64,000 nucleotides of DNA, from contig JASNZL010000003.1 of NCBI GenBank assembly GCA_048499675.1, positions 16,241 through 80,240 of the forward strand, read 5' to 3'. Shown here piece by piece: positions 20,303 through 28,809 of the stretch. A program made the position numbers and the translations under genes. Below the pieces are notes generated by a model. That model did no database searches. It was not told the DNA's origin and saw only the letters and a program-made list of their open reading frames with translations. How positions within the stretch are numbered: position 1 is the stretch's first letter; every line of letters begins with the position of its first letter. The stretch is from Candidatus Zambryskiibacteriota bacterium. GTDB taxonomy: Bacteria; Patescibacteriota; Minisyncoccia; Phycocordibacterales; WO2-35-19.

Positions 20303-21100
20303 TTAGCTCCTGCGGGAGGCACGCTTGTGCCTGATGTAGCCGAGGCCAAGGAGGCCAAGGCCCATGAGGGCCATTGTGGCAGGTTCGGGGATCGGCTCTG
20401 TTTGCCTGAAAAGAGCAAATTGATTCCCGTTGGCGAGGGAATCAAATGTTGTATCGGGATTTTGGAGCAATAATCCAAAGTTGCCGTTCGGGCTGAACTC
20501 GGCGAATGCTCCTGGCATCGCCGAACCACCGAAGAGCAAATTGAGTGTGTTTGGCGAGTTTTGTTCAAACCAATACACACTAGTTTGATCGCTCCACGCG
20601 GCGACCTCGAGAAGCAACTGCGATGAGGTGTTGCCATTACTGAAAAGGAGTACTGAGTTGTCGGCCGACGTGCCGACGCCCCAATACTCGAGGTTCGATA
20701 CAGAAATGGCAGGACTGTACGGATTCGCACCGTAGACTCCAGTCCCTGTCATAAAATATCCAATATTCCACCCATCTCCCCCATCAAAACTGGAGTTATT
20801 CCAGTATGGAGTACCGCTCGTGTTAGGCACAACCATTGGTTGCCACGAGCCCGCGCCCACGACGGACAACGATGCTCCAGTCAACGAAAATGCTGAGTCG
20901 TTATAGTCGCGATCACCTCCAGGGAGAGGGATGTCCTCAACCCCAATCCAGATCGTTCCAGCCGAAGCCGAAACAATCAAACAAAAAAACAGAACCATCA
21001 GAAGCTTCATTTTTTTCTCCATTTCTCCTCGGTTCACTAGTGTGTGTGAGGGGAAATTTGGCCACTTGTTGAAAAATGAGCAAATTTCCCCCTCCATCAA
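20303..21100 (-). CDS. PEP-CTERM domain secreted protein (GC-rich paralog)
   Basis: C-terminus IPEPATMALMGLGLLGLGYIRHKRASRRS. The likely start is the internal MKLLMVLFFCLIVSASA signal peptide. Its 3' end is 100% identical to that of the neighbouring paralog. Confidence 0.7.
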   Translation of the reverse strand: MMEGEICSFFNKWPNFPSHTLVNRGEMEKKMKLLMVLFFCLIVSASAGTIWIGVEDIPLPGGDRDYNDSAFSLTGASLSVVGAGSWQPMVVPNTSGTPYWNNSSFDGGDGWNIGYFMTGTGVYGANPYSPAISVSNLEYWGVGTSADNSVLLFSNGNTSSQLLLEVAAWSDQTSVYWFEQNSPNTLNLLFGGSAMPGAFAEFSPNGNFGLLLQNPDTTFDSLANGNQFALFRQTEPIPEPATMALMGLGLLGLGYIRHKRASRRS

Positions 21101-21326
21101 ATATTATAAAAGAGCTGGTTTTTTATTGATATACCATAATTATAATAATTTTGCAAGTATTAAAATCATAAATTTTGCTTGTATTATCCTATATTATTAA
21201 AATATTCGAGTAAATATGTTATATTTCAATCAATGCTCGCTTAGTCCCGACAATCTTGTGCAACAAGATGTCGGGATCCCGACTCCAAATTGTTACTCAA
21301 TTGGACGTCGGGACTCAGTAAATGTA

Positions 21327-21586
21327 ATGCCATATGTATATATATTACAAAATAATAAGGGTAAGTATTACATTGGCAGTACAACAAATATTGATAAGAG
21401 AATAAATCACCACAAAAAAGGTTACAGTATTTCAACTAAAAAATGGGCCATGTGGAATTAGTATTAAAACAAGAATATAATACTTTAAGCGAAGCCAGAA
21501 TTATTGAAATGAAATTGAAAAAACTAAAGAGACATGATTATATTAAGAAAATTGTAGAGAATGGGTACATTAAAATGCGCGCTTAG
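21327..21586 (+). pseudogene. Small GIY-YIG (URI-domain) nuclease family gene, apparently frameshifted at a poly-A tract, with its 3' end overlapping tRNA-Val
   Basis: MPYVYILQNNKGKYYIGSTTNIDKRINHHKKGYSISTKKW fits GIY-YIG motifs A and B. The conserved C-terminal half (ELVLKQEYNTLSEARIIEMKLKKLKRHDY) continues in the +1 frame after the aaaaaa at about 21435. The stop codon lies inside the tRNA. Confidence 0.5.
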
Positions 21587-21650
21587 CTCAGTTGGTTAGA
21601 GCGACTCATTGACGTTGAGTAGGCCGGGGATTCGAATTCCTCAGCGCGCA
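21577..21650 (+). tRNA. tRNA-Val (anticodon GAC)
   Basis: Hand-folded cloverleaf. Acceptor gcgcgct/agcgcgc, D arm gctc-agttggtta-gagc, anticodon arm actca-ttGACgt-tgagt, T arm gggga-ttcgaat-tcctc, discriminator A. CCA is not encoded. Confidence 0.85.
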
Positions 21651-21741
21651 CACTTCGACTTCTTTTGCAAAACTCGTTCGGTGTAAACAATGAAAGCTTT
21701 ATAAAAAGACAAATGGCTCACGCTTCGCGCGAGCCAAATAA

Positions 21742-22026
21742 TCACTGAAAATCACCACGACTTCTGTCGCGAGAATTTTGTGAGATTGTTCCCTTCTTGG
21801 GTTTGCCCAGAGTACTTCCTGCCCCCATGCCCGACCTGCCAATTTCTTGGCGTTGCGGTGGGCAAAAAAGAATGTTCCCAGTGGATATGGCGACATACTT
21901 TACACCGTCAATTATTCTGACCGTTTTTTGACCGTCAGTTGCAACGATTTGTTGCCTCTGAGGTCCGGGTTGGTTTAATAAATTAATACCGTTCCCAACA
22001 GATCGGTTGCCTTTTTTATCGGACAT
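21742..22026 (-). CDS. Hypothetical small protein (94 aa) in a GC-rich patch next to tRNA-Val
   Basis: Strong SD (agaggag) 7 nt upstream of the ATG. No recognisable domain. The C-terminal half is low-complexity and basic. Confidence 0.3.
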   Translation of the reverse strand: MSDKKGNRSVGNGINLLNQPGPQRQQIVATDGQKTVRIIDGVKYVAISTGNILFCPPQRQEIGRSGMGAGSTLGKPKKGTISQNSRDRSRGDFQ

Positions 22027-22120
22027 ACTACTCCTCTCTAATTAAAAGTCTTATAAAATTATTAATCATATACTAAATATTACAATCATTATTACAAATG
22101 TATTTTTATTTTAGGATAAT

Positions 22121-22951
22121 CTAATACCAACAAACATCCACTTCTTCACCTATCAAATTCTCGATGTATTTAATCCCACTTCGCATATCACCTATTTCAT
22201 CTACGAGCCCCAGCTCAAGCGCATCTCTCCCTACGAAGGTAAGACCGTTTGCAATTTTCTGCACATCCAGAATTTCTAAATTCCTATTTTCTGCAACTTC
22301 TCTCACAAAAATATTATGTATTTTTTCTAGGTCGGAAATGATTATATCCCTTTCTTCTTTTGATATAACTCTATTAGGATCACCGAGATCTTTGTATTTT
22401 GCAGAATTTAGTTCAATATATTTCAATCCCTCATCCTCATTTTTTTGTGATTCATCCAAATATGAAGCAGTAACACCAATACTACCAACATCTGAAATAT
22501 TAGAAGCAAAAATTCTTTGAGCTCCTGTACTTGCCCAGTATGCCGATGATGCTCCAATACTTCTTATAATCGCAACATTTGGCTTAGTGACACTTTTTAG
22601 AGCATTTGAAATTTCTTGTCCAGCGACACCGTCACCGCCAGAAGAATCAACCACAAGCATTACTGCTTTTATATCAGGATCTTTTTGTGCTTCCATAAGA
22701 CCATAAACAATATCTTCTGAGGAAGTTAACTCGAATTCTTCTCTAAGTTTGTCATTAGAATAAGTACTCAAATATCCTTGTATTGAAAAAGCAAGAACAT
22801 TGCAGTCAGAATTGTTGTCTGAGTCGGAAAATAAATTCTCACCAAATCCACCATAGATAGCATAAAAATATCCTAATCCGAAAACAACTAGCAAAGTAAT
22901 TAGCAAAAGAAGAACTTTTTTTATTCTTTTAAAAATTACTTCTTTCTCCAT
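22121..22951 (-). CDS. sppA: Signal peptide peptidase SppA (S49, 36K type)
   Basis: MLVVDSSGGDGVAGQEISNAL and SIGASSAYWASTGAQRIFASNISDVGSIGV are ClpP/crotonase-fold S49 motifs. The start is set at the internal MEKEVIFKR so the gene does not overlap msrA. Confidence 0.75.
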   Translation of the reverse strand: MEKEVIFKRIKKVLLLLITLLVVFGLGYFYAIYGGFGENLFSDSDNNSDCNVLAFSIQGYLSTYSNDKLREEFELTSSEDIVYGLMEAQKDPDIKAVMLVVDSSGGDGVAGQEISNALKSVTKPNVAIIRSIGASSAYWASTGAQRIFASNISDVGSIGVTASYLDESQKNEDEGLKYIELNSAKYKDLGDPNRVISKEERDIIISDLEKIHNIFVREVAENRNLEILDVQKIANGLTFVGRDALELGLVDEIGDMRSGIKYIENLIGEEVDVCWY

Positions 22952-22973
22952 ATGTTTATTGTACTCCGATTTT

Positions 22974-23465
22974 CTATTGCTCCAAATAACTATCAAAGTA
23001 AATCGCGTGGCAAGTGTAGCCATTGGGATTCTTTTGCAAATAGTCCTGATGATATTCTTCAGCTGGCCAAAACTTTGTAAACGGCTCAAGAGTTGTGACG
23101 ACCGGCGCATCCCACCTTTTTGAATCGTTCACTATTTTTATAAAATCTTTAGCCTGTTTCAGTTCTTCTTTATCTTGGTAAAAAATAGCACTCCTATAAG
23201 ACTCGCCTATATCATTCCCCTGTTGATTTAGGGTGGTTGGAATATGAACTTGAAAAAAGAAATCCAATATCTTCCAAAAGCTCGTCACCTCTGTGTCGTA
23301 TTCTATTTCTAGAGCTTCGGCATGTTTGGGATGATTTTCATAAGTTGGGTTGTCATTTTCGCCACCAGTATATCCAGCAGTAGTATTCAAAATACCGGAC
23401 TGTTTTCTAAACAACTCTTCAAGTCCCCAAAAGCACCCTCCCGCTAAATACGATTTTTTAATCAT
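22974..23465 (-). CDS. msrA: Peptide methionine-S-sulfoxide reductase
   Basis: [12 protein letters not shown] catalytic motif. Confidence 0.9.
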   Translation of the reverse strand: MIKKSYLAGGCFWGLEELFRKQSGILNTTAGYTGGENDNPTYENHPKHAEALEIEYDTEVTSFWKILDFFFQVHIPTTLNQQGNDIGESYRSAIFYQDKEELKQAKDFIKIVNDSKRWDAPVVTTLEPFTKFWPAEEYHQDYLQKNPNGYTCHAIYFDSYLEQ

Positions 23466-23856
23466 TTTTCTTTTGCCCGTCCGTAGCTTTTTGCATAGGA
23501 GGGTGAATAAATTTTAATGAAATCGAATTCACACAATGTCTTATATTTTTGTCTGTCATATTTTCTCCCTCAAATAAATGCCCCAAGTGACCACCACAAC
23601 GAGCACAAGTTATCTCTGTCCGTATTCCATCAGCGTCCTGTGTGTGTTTGACTGCTCCCTCTATCTCATCATCAAAACTCGGCCAACCACAATCACTCTC
23701 AAATTTATCTTTCGAATTATACAAAGGTGCATCACACTGCCGACACACATATACACCATGAGAAGTATTATTAACATACTCACCCACAAAAGGCGCTTCA
23801 GTCCCCTTATCAATTATCACCCTCTTCTCCTCTTCTGTTAGTTTATTCAATTCCAT
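23458..23856 (-). CDS. msrB: Peptide methionine-R-sulfoxide reductase
   Basis: CxxC...CxxC zinc site, CGWPSF, and [17 protein letters not shown] (SelR). 8-bp overlap with msrA. Confidence 0.9.
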   Translation of the reverse strand: MELNKLTEEEKRVIIDKGTEAPFVGEYVNNTSHGVYVCRQCDAPLYNSKDKFESDCGWPSFDDEIEGAVKHTQDADGIRTEITCARCGGHLGHLFEGENMTDKNIRHCVNSISLKFIHPPMQKATDGQKKND

Positions 23857-23951
23857 AAAATAATTATAGCATCTCTGCCTTTAGCTCCAACATCTTAGAT
23901 TTAAGCTTTTATTTTTTACCTCCAACCTCCAAGCTTTTATCTCCGTTCCCT

Positions 23952-24175
23952 AATTCGTGTCATTAGTGGGTTACTTTTTAATTTAGAATTTTTAATTTAA
24001 AACTCTATCGTTACTCGTAACTCGTACTTCGTATATCCTTTCTTATTCGTGTAATAAATTGAGTGATTAGTAGGTTTTACTTTCTAACTTGCGCCTTTAT
24101 GAACTTTTTAACTAATCCCCCTCGTATCTCGTACTTCGTAACTCGTACCTCGTTTTCAAAATTGGTGTCGCGCCC
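23952..24175 (+). repeat. 224-bp element carrying two arrays of CGTAACT-type heptamer repeats; left copy of a near-identical inverted-repeat pair
   Basis: The reverse complement of 46797-47019 matches it with only about 3 mismatches over 224 bp. Confidence 0.85.
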
Positions 24176-24360
24176 ACTTTACAAACCCTCAAAACTATTG
24201 ACAAATAACGTATAATTTGCTACAATGTTTTTATCGACATTGCCTTGTGCTTGTCGGGTCGCTCGTGCGCTCTTTCTCGGAGTCATATTGCATAGAATTG
24301 GAATTTTCCGGTTTTGCAATCCATGTCGGGAGCGAGAACTTTCTACGAAAGGAAAGAAAA

Positions 24361-24813
24361 ATGAGAACGAATGATGAGTACATTGTTAACTTGGTGAAGC
24401 AAGTCGTCGGCAACTCGACGATCTCCGGATTTAAAAGTCTGAGGACCCTCCAACCGGACGCTTGGTTCCTTTTCCTGTACCACAGGATCAAAGCCAAAGT
24501 CTTGAAAATGAACGATGAGACTTTGGGAAGAATCTGTGGTTATGGGCACAACAAAAACTTCAGTGAACCGATTAATTCCTCAGTCGGGTTCATTTTCAAG
24601 ACTGGCATCGAGGAAGTACAATCGCACCCTCTGGATCTCAACCTTTCTGGTCGTGAGCTCCTCGAGGAGATCGCGATCAGGACGATTGTAGCGGTCACCT
24701 GCGACATCGTCATACAGGAAGCGTACGAAGAAATTCGCCGCACCGAGCAGGGGAATGAATACCAGTTTGATAGCGTCATGGCCAAATACCTGCATTCTGG
24801 CCGCCGGTTGTAG
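24361..24813 (+). CDS. Hypothetical protein, first gene of a GC-rich four-gene islet
   Basis: SD aaaggaaag upstream of MRTNDEYIVN. No recognisable domain. GC is roughly 50% against about 33% in the flanks. Confidence 0.4.
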   Translation: MRTNDEYIVNLVKQVVGNSTISGFKSLRTLQPDAWFLFLYHRIKAKVLKMNDETLGRICGYGHNKNFSEPINSSVGFIFKTGIEEVQSHPLDLNLSGRELLEEIAIRTIVAVTCDIVIQEAYEEIRRTEQGNEYQFDSVMAKYLHSGRRL

Positions 24814-24849
24814 AAGTTCTTTCAATATTGGGCCAACACTTGATTGGCC

Positions 24850-24890
24850 CTTCCACCAGATAAAATTTGAAAAAGTTTTATGCGGTGGGA
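24850..24890 (+). repeat. 41-bp hairpin repeat cttccaccagataaaatttgaaaaagttttatgcggtggga (copy 1)
   Basis: Exact direct repeat of 25494-25534. Forms a ccacc...ggtgg / ataaaa...ttttat stem. Sits just upstream of the next gene. Confidence 0.6.
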
Positions 24891-24985
24891 GGAAACTTCC
24901 AAATCCGGCCAGTGCGCAGGCCTTTAAAACATTTGCCACTTTTTCCGAATGTTGCAAACTCGGAATCAAAAGAAAGGAACCCCTC

Positions 24986-25456
24986 ATGATTGAGAATCTG
25001 TTCCATGCAAAGATTGTTCTTTCAAACGAGGAGTGTCAGACTCTCTCCTCAATTCACCCGATGTATAAATTGCCAAAAGAGATCGGGGTAATCACTTTCC
25101 TTGGTGTCGAGGAAGGAGAATACTATAGTTTTAACACCGTACATCTGCTGATTCGTTTTGATTCATTTGCCAAGCAAGAGAAGGCAATGATGGAAGAGGT
25201 CATCACCCGCGTATTCGGAAAAGGTCGTGGGGAGATGCTTAACAACAACAGCGAACAGCGGGAGTACTCCTACAATGCGATCATCAAAATGTCGCTAAAA
25301 TACCCCCTCCGAAACCCGAAAAAGTTAATCAAGAAGAGGGCGGGAATGTTCGCAAAAGAAATCCTGAAATGGCGACAAGAACAGATTCGTCGTCACAAGA
25401 AGGAAGAGGAACAGGACTGGCAAGAGATGAGGCGTGACATGCCCGAATGGGTATAA
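24986..25456 (+). CDS. Hypothetical protein, GC-rich islet gene 2
   Basis: SD aaaggaa upstream of MIENLFHAKIV. The hairpin agcaggagag-ttta-ctctcctgct follows. Confidence 0.4.
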   Translation: MIENLFHAKIVLSNEECQTLSSIHPMYKLPKEIGVITFLGVEEGEYYSFNTVHLLIRFDSFAKQEKAMMEEVITRVFGKGRGEMLNNNSEQREYSYNAIIKMSLKYPLRNPKKLIKKRAGMFAKEILKWRQEQIRRHKKEEEQDWQEMRRDMPEWV

Positions 25457-25493
25457 ACGGCGATGAGCCTAGCAGGAGAGTTTACTCTCCTGC

Positions 25494-25534
25494 TTCCACC
25501 AGATAAAATTTGAAAAAGTTTTATGCGGTGGGAG
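25494..25534 (+). repeat. 41-bp hairpin repeat (copy 2)
   Basis: Identical to 24850-24890. Precedes the membrane-protein gene. Confidence 0.6.
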
Positions 25535-25585
25535 TAGTCCCAAAATCCCTCCGTCAAGAGACGGAGGTTAAAAAAGGAGTTCTTT

Positions 25586-25912
25586 GTGAAAAAGTTGCGA
25601 GAATTTTTTCAAGCAATAAGCCAATGGACTCAGTTGGTTGGCTTGATTGTGTACATCGTGATTATGTTTGCCTTGATTCTGAAGATTTTGGAACCGATGT
25701 CTTCGGCCATCACCTTCATGATTGCGGCCATACTCACGATTCACACTTTCGATCGTAAGCTTCTGACCATCGGGGCGTTCGTGGGAATCTTTCTCTACAT
25801 CTTGTCCTGGCCAATCACCGGCGAGTACGGGTTGTACTTCGGACTCTCCGTCTGGGCCACTGGGTTCTTCCTTTGGTTTTGGGCGGTTTGCCAATCGTTC
25901 AAACCAATCTGA
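25586..25912 (+). CDS. Small integral membrane protein (three TM segments; holin-like topology)
   Basis: GTG start with a perfect AAGGAG SD. Hydrophobic segments LVGLIVYIVIMFALIL, AITFMIAAILTI and FVGIFLYILSWPI...FFLWFWAV. Confidence 0.5.
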   Translation: MKKLREFFQAISQWTQLVGLIVYIVIMFALILKILEPMSSAITFMIAAILTIHTFDRKLLTIGAFVGIFLYILSWPITGEYGLYFGLSVWATGFFLWFWAVCQSFKPI

Positions 25913-25920
25913 AGGAGAAT

Positions 25921-26151
25921 ATGATGACAGGGATCCATTTTTTTCATGGTGATTACGGACGAGGCGGTAAAGACGGCTTCGTCCATGTTGTAGACAAATG
26001 GTGTGTGCAAACTCCGCAAGGAAAAAAACACATCACCAAAGAAAAGACTGATAGAAGAGATTACAGGATGACCGATTGCGACGGCTCCTGCGAACCGAAG
26101 CAGGAAGCGTTACCGGTCGACATCGCCAACATCGCGAGCACGGTTAAGTAG
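25921..26151 (+). CDS. Hypothetical small protein, GC-rich islet gene 4
   Basis: AAGGAG SD then MMTGIHFFHGDYGRGGKDGF. Cys-containing. Confidence 0.35.
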   Translation: MMTGIHFFHGDYGRGGKDGFVHVVDKWCVQTPQGKKHITKEKTDRRDYRMTDCDGSCEPKQEALPVDIANIASTVK

Positions 26152-26503
26152 TCGCGTGGTGCGCCGATAATCAAGCGTGTATACAAACCGCCCCTGAGAG
26201 CCGTTGCTCCCCGGGCGGCTCTTTTTTATAACAATCTCCTCTTTACCAAGCTTCTAGCTTCCAGCTTATTGCTCTTCGCCCCCTGTCTTATTTAGAATAA
26301 TTACTTGTCCCCGCGTAGTTTTAACGAAGTGGGAGGTCAATTAGTGCAATTAGTATAATTCTGTTATCTTACCTCCAACCTTCTTTCTCCTAGTTTCCAA
26401 CTTCTTTTTTTAGGTCAATTAGAGAAATTAGAACAATTAGGTTAATTTCCTTCTTTTATATTATCTTATCTCTAAGCTTCAAGCTTTAAGCTCTTCGCTT
26501 CCA

Positions 26504-26827
26504 CTAAATCAATTTAAAATCAATCATTTTTACAATGGTATCAGGATTAACTTTCTCTCCATAGTATCTTCGATATGTCTCATACATTTTCTCCTCACTT
26601 TCATATTTTTCGTGCCCTTCAAAATCACCGTCTTGTAGATCTTTGAGTTTTTTCTCTCTGACTTTGGTTATCAGCGCTTTAGCAAATTGCTCCTCCGTAT
26701 CCTTATTAACCAAAACGAGTTCATCACCCACGCACAAATCTTTATCGTCAAACAATCTCCATGTTGAAGTCTTTTCCCCATCAAGAACCATCGAAACCAA
26801 ATGTGGCATAAATTTTAATGTTTTCAT
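26504..26827 (-). CDS. ASCH (PUA-like) domain protein
   Basis: LKFMPHLVSMVLDGEKTSTWRLFDD...GDELVLV fits the ASCH N-terminal pattern. Last gene of the five-gene minus-strand operon. Confidence 0.55.
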   Translation of the reverse strand: MKTLKFMPHLVSMVLDGEKTSTWRLFDDKDLCVGDELVLVNKDTEEQFAKALITKVREKKLKDLQDGDFEGHEKYESEEKMYETYRRYYGEKVNPDTIVKMIDFKLI

Positions 26828-26848
26828 ACGTTTATTCTCAAATCAATC

Positions 26849-27346
26849 TCAAAAAAATCCAAACTTTTTGTAATTCTCTATAAGTTCAAGGGCTGTTTCG
26901 TAATCAATATCTCCCTCTTTTGATTGCGCCCATTCTTCAGCTTCTTCTATACTATCATGAGCAAGCAAAAACATTGTCCGAGTCAAAATATTTGGATTGT
27001 TGCCTTGATATTCCAAAGCTTTTTGCGAATACTCCTTCATTTTTTCCTTATCTTTTTTCCAATTTGCGCAACTTATCGCATGATGATACCAAAACCAAAG
27101 AATATCATCTCTCCATTCCCTTTCATCCTCTGTTAATTCAGGTTCATTCACATTTTCCAAAATATACTTTACTTTATTTTGAATTTGGTCAGGATTATCA
27201 TAATCCCACTCCTCTGTGACAAATAATTTGTTTTCTTGTTCTGAATATAAATTAGACAACTCTAAAGGGGTAGTCGCGCCCATCAAATCATAAGCCTCCC
27301 TCATAGGACTTTTTTCTTTATCAAACTTTTGCGGTTCTGATTCCAT
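26849..27346 (-). CDS. Hypothetical acidic protein
   Basis: 165 aa. No recognisable domain. Co-oriented with its neighbours and tightly spaced. Confidence 0.4.
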   Translation of the reverse strand: MESEPQKFDKEKSPMREAYDLMGATTPLELSNLYSEQENKLFVTEEWDYDNPDQIQNKVKYILENVNEPELTEDEREWRDDILWFWYHHAISCANWKKDKEKMKEYSQKALEYQGNNPNILTRTMFLLAHDSIEEAEEWAQSKEGDIDYETALELIENYKKFGFF

Positions 27347-27397
27347 GTGTTTATTTGTAGTGATTTATTATGAGCCGTGTCAAATAAGTTTATCGAA

Positions 27398-28087
27398 CTA
27401 TTTTAATCTTTGTTCCCGTACCTTGTCTAGCTTCTCTTTATCAATTTTTGTTCTTTCCCAATCAGTAGGTATTACATTTAATACTTTCTTATTTGGAATA
27501 TCTACATCAAAAACCATATCTTTCATTTTCCAATTCCTCCGCAAACCAATCTGCTCATATTTTTGTTGTATTTCATTTACAATTTCTTGAGCTTGCTTGA
27601 GTAAATCTTGTTTATCTGATTCGGTGAGATTTGCCTCATGTATAGGTCTCATTCCATCATTCGTCCAGCGAATACCTAGAATCTTTTGCATAACTATAAG
27701 ATGTTCGTTATTTCGTTTTATTTTTGCTACAGGAATAGGGGCTGGTAAACCAAATTCTCTAGCAATTTCCATTATTGAATATTCATAAAACGGATCACCA
27801 GATTTTCCAACTTGAGATTTTTCAGTGTTTACTTTCTTGCCCACAGTCTGCAATTCTAATCCTTCTGAGTTGCGCCAGACAGGCAGATCTTTGGTACAAG
27901 TCGGGTCTTCTTTTACTACACCTTGCTCATCATATTGAATTTCTCCAGACTTAATATTTCTTCCTTCTCTTTCAAAATATCCAAAAGGATCAGATTTAAA
28001 TTCTTCCGGCACAAAAGCTTCAAAATCTTTCTCAATTTTTATCTCTGCAATTGGAATATTTTCAATCCGATTTGGTTGCTCTTCCAT
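27398..28087 (-). CDS. Hypothetical protein (229 aa)
   Basis: No clear domain. A weak kinase-like C-terminal segment (LIVMQKILGIRW...KDMVFDVD) is speculative. Confidence 0.4.
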   Translation of the reverse strand: MEEQPNRIENIPIAEIKIEKDFEAFVPEEFKSDPFGYFEREGRNIKSGEIQYDEQGVVKEDPTCTKDLPVWRNSEGLELQTVGKKVNTEKSQVGKSGDPFYEYSIMEIAREFGLPAPIPVAKIKRNNEHLIVMQKILGIRWTNDGMRPIHEANLTESDKQDLLKQAQEIVNEIQQKYEQIGLRRNWKMKDMVFDVDIPNKKVLNVIPTDWERTKIDKEKLDKVREQRLK

Positions 28088-28091
28088 AGGT

Positions 28092-28391
28092 TTATTTTAA
28101 TTTAATTATCTTTTTGACCACCGAATCAACAAACAATCTAAAAGCTGGTCTCTTTTCTTTTTCATAAACAATTTTTACACCCAGTATATGTCCTTTTGGA
28201 CAAGCAAGGTATTTAGGTGTTGCTACAGGCACTTTAGGATCTGATATTCTATCCAAATACATTCTACGAAGAATCCCCGGACCATCTTTTTGATAGTGAC
28301 AAACTAAAGATTCACACTTCTCGCAAAAAATTCTCAACATACGACTATACCCTCCCCGCACCTTCTTATATTTATCATTCTTAAATTTCAT
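28092..28391 (-). CDS. Hypothetical zinc-ribbon protein
   Basis: CEKCESLVCH...CPKGH, a four-ligand Cys/His arrangement. 99 aa. Confidence 0.4.
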   Translation of the reverse strand: MKFKNDKYKKVRGGYSRMLRIFCEKCESLVCHYQKDGPGILRRMYLDRISDPKVPVATPKYLACPKGHILGVKIVYEKEKRPAFRLFVDSVVKKIIKLK

Positions 28392-28395
28392 AGGT

Positions 28396-28809
28396 TTATT
28401 TCCTATTTATCATATCCGAATAATGTTCAAGCATAAAATCATGATAAAACTTGTTATCGGAAAGCATTTTGAAAACATTTGCCTCGGCAACCTTTGGTTC
28501 ATTGGTAAATTCAGCACACAAATCATCAATTTCTTGCTCATTCTCTAATGAAAGTTCATATTCCCTAACACTACCATCTTTAAATTTAAATATAAAAATT
28601 ATTTCTTTTTCTCCTATCACATCATTCCAAAACCCTGCTTCTAATTTAGTTTTTATAATTTCTCTATACTCCCCTAACTTCTCTTCCGGTATTTTAATCG
28701 CCCTGTCCCCATCCTCATCCTTTTCTTCAATACTCACACCCAAATCCACCAACTCCTCGTCTTTTATTTTCTTCCCACCCATCAAATAACTTAAACAAAT
28801 ATTTTTCAT
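28396..28809 (-). CDS. Hypothetical protein, first gene of the five-gene operon
   Basis: 137 aa, acidic. A TAGAATAATTAG leader motif lies immediately upstream. Confidence 0.4.
   Translation of the reverse strand: MKNICLSYLMGGKKIKDEELVDLGVSIEEKDEDGDRAIKIPEEKLGEYREIIKTKLEAGFWNDVIGEKEIIFIFKFKDGSVREYELSLENEQEIDDLCAEFTNEPKVAEANVFKMLSDNKFYHDFMLEHYSDMINRK

Noticed and set aside
20215-20730. 171-aa minus-strand ORF overlapping the third PEP-CTERM gene
   Set aside because: It is an alternative frame of the same GC-rich region, which keeps frames open. The PEP-CTERM frame has a signal peptide and sorting motif and is preferred.
23990-24160. The heptamer repeat arrays as a CRISPR array
   Set aside because: Units are 7 nt with no spacers. 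The arrays are about 30 nt long. No cas genes are present.
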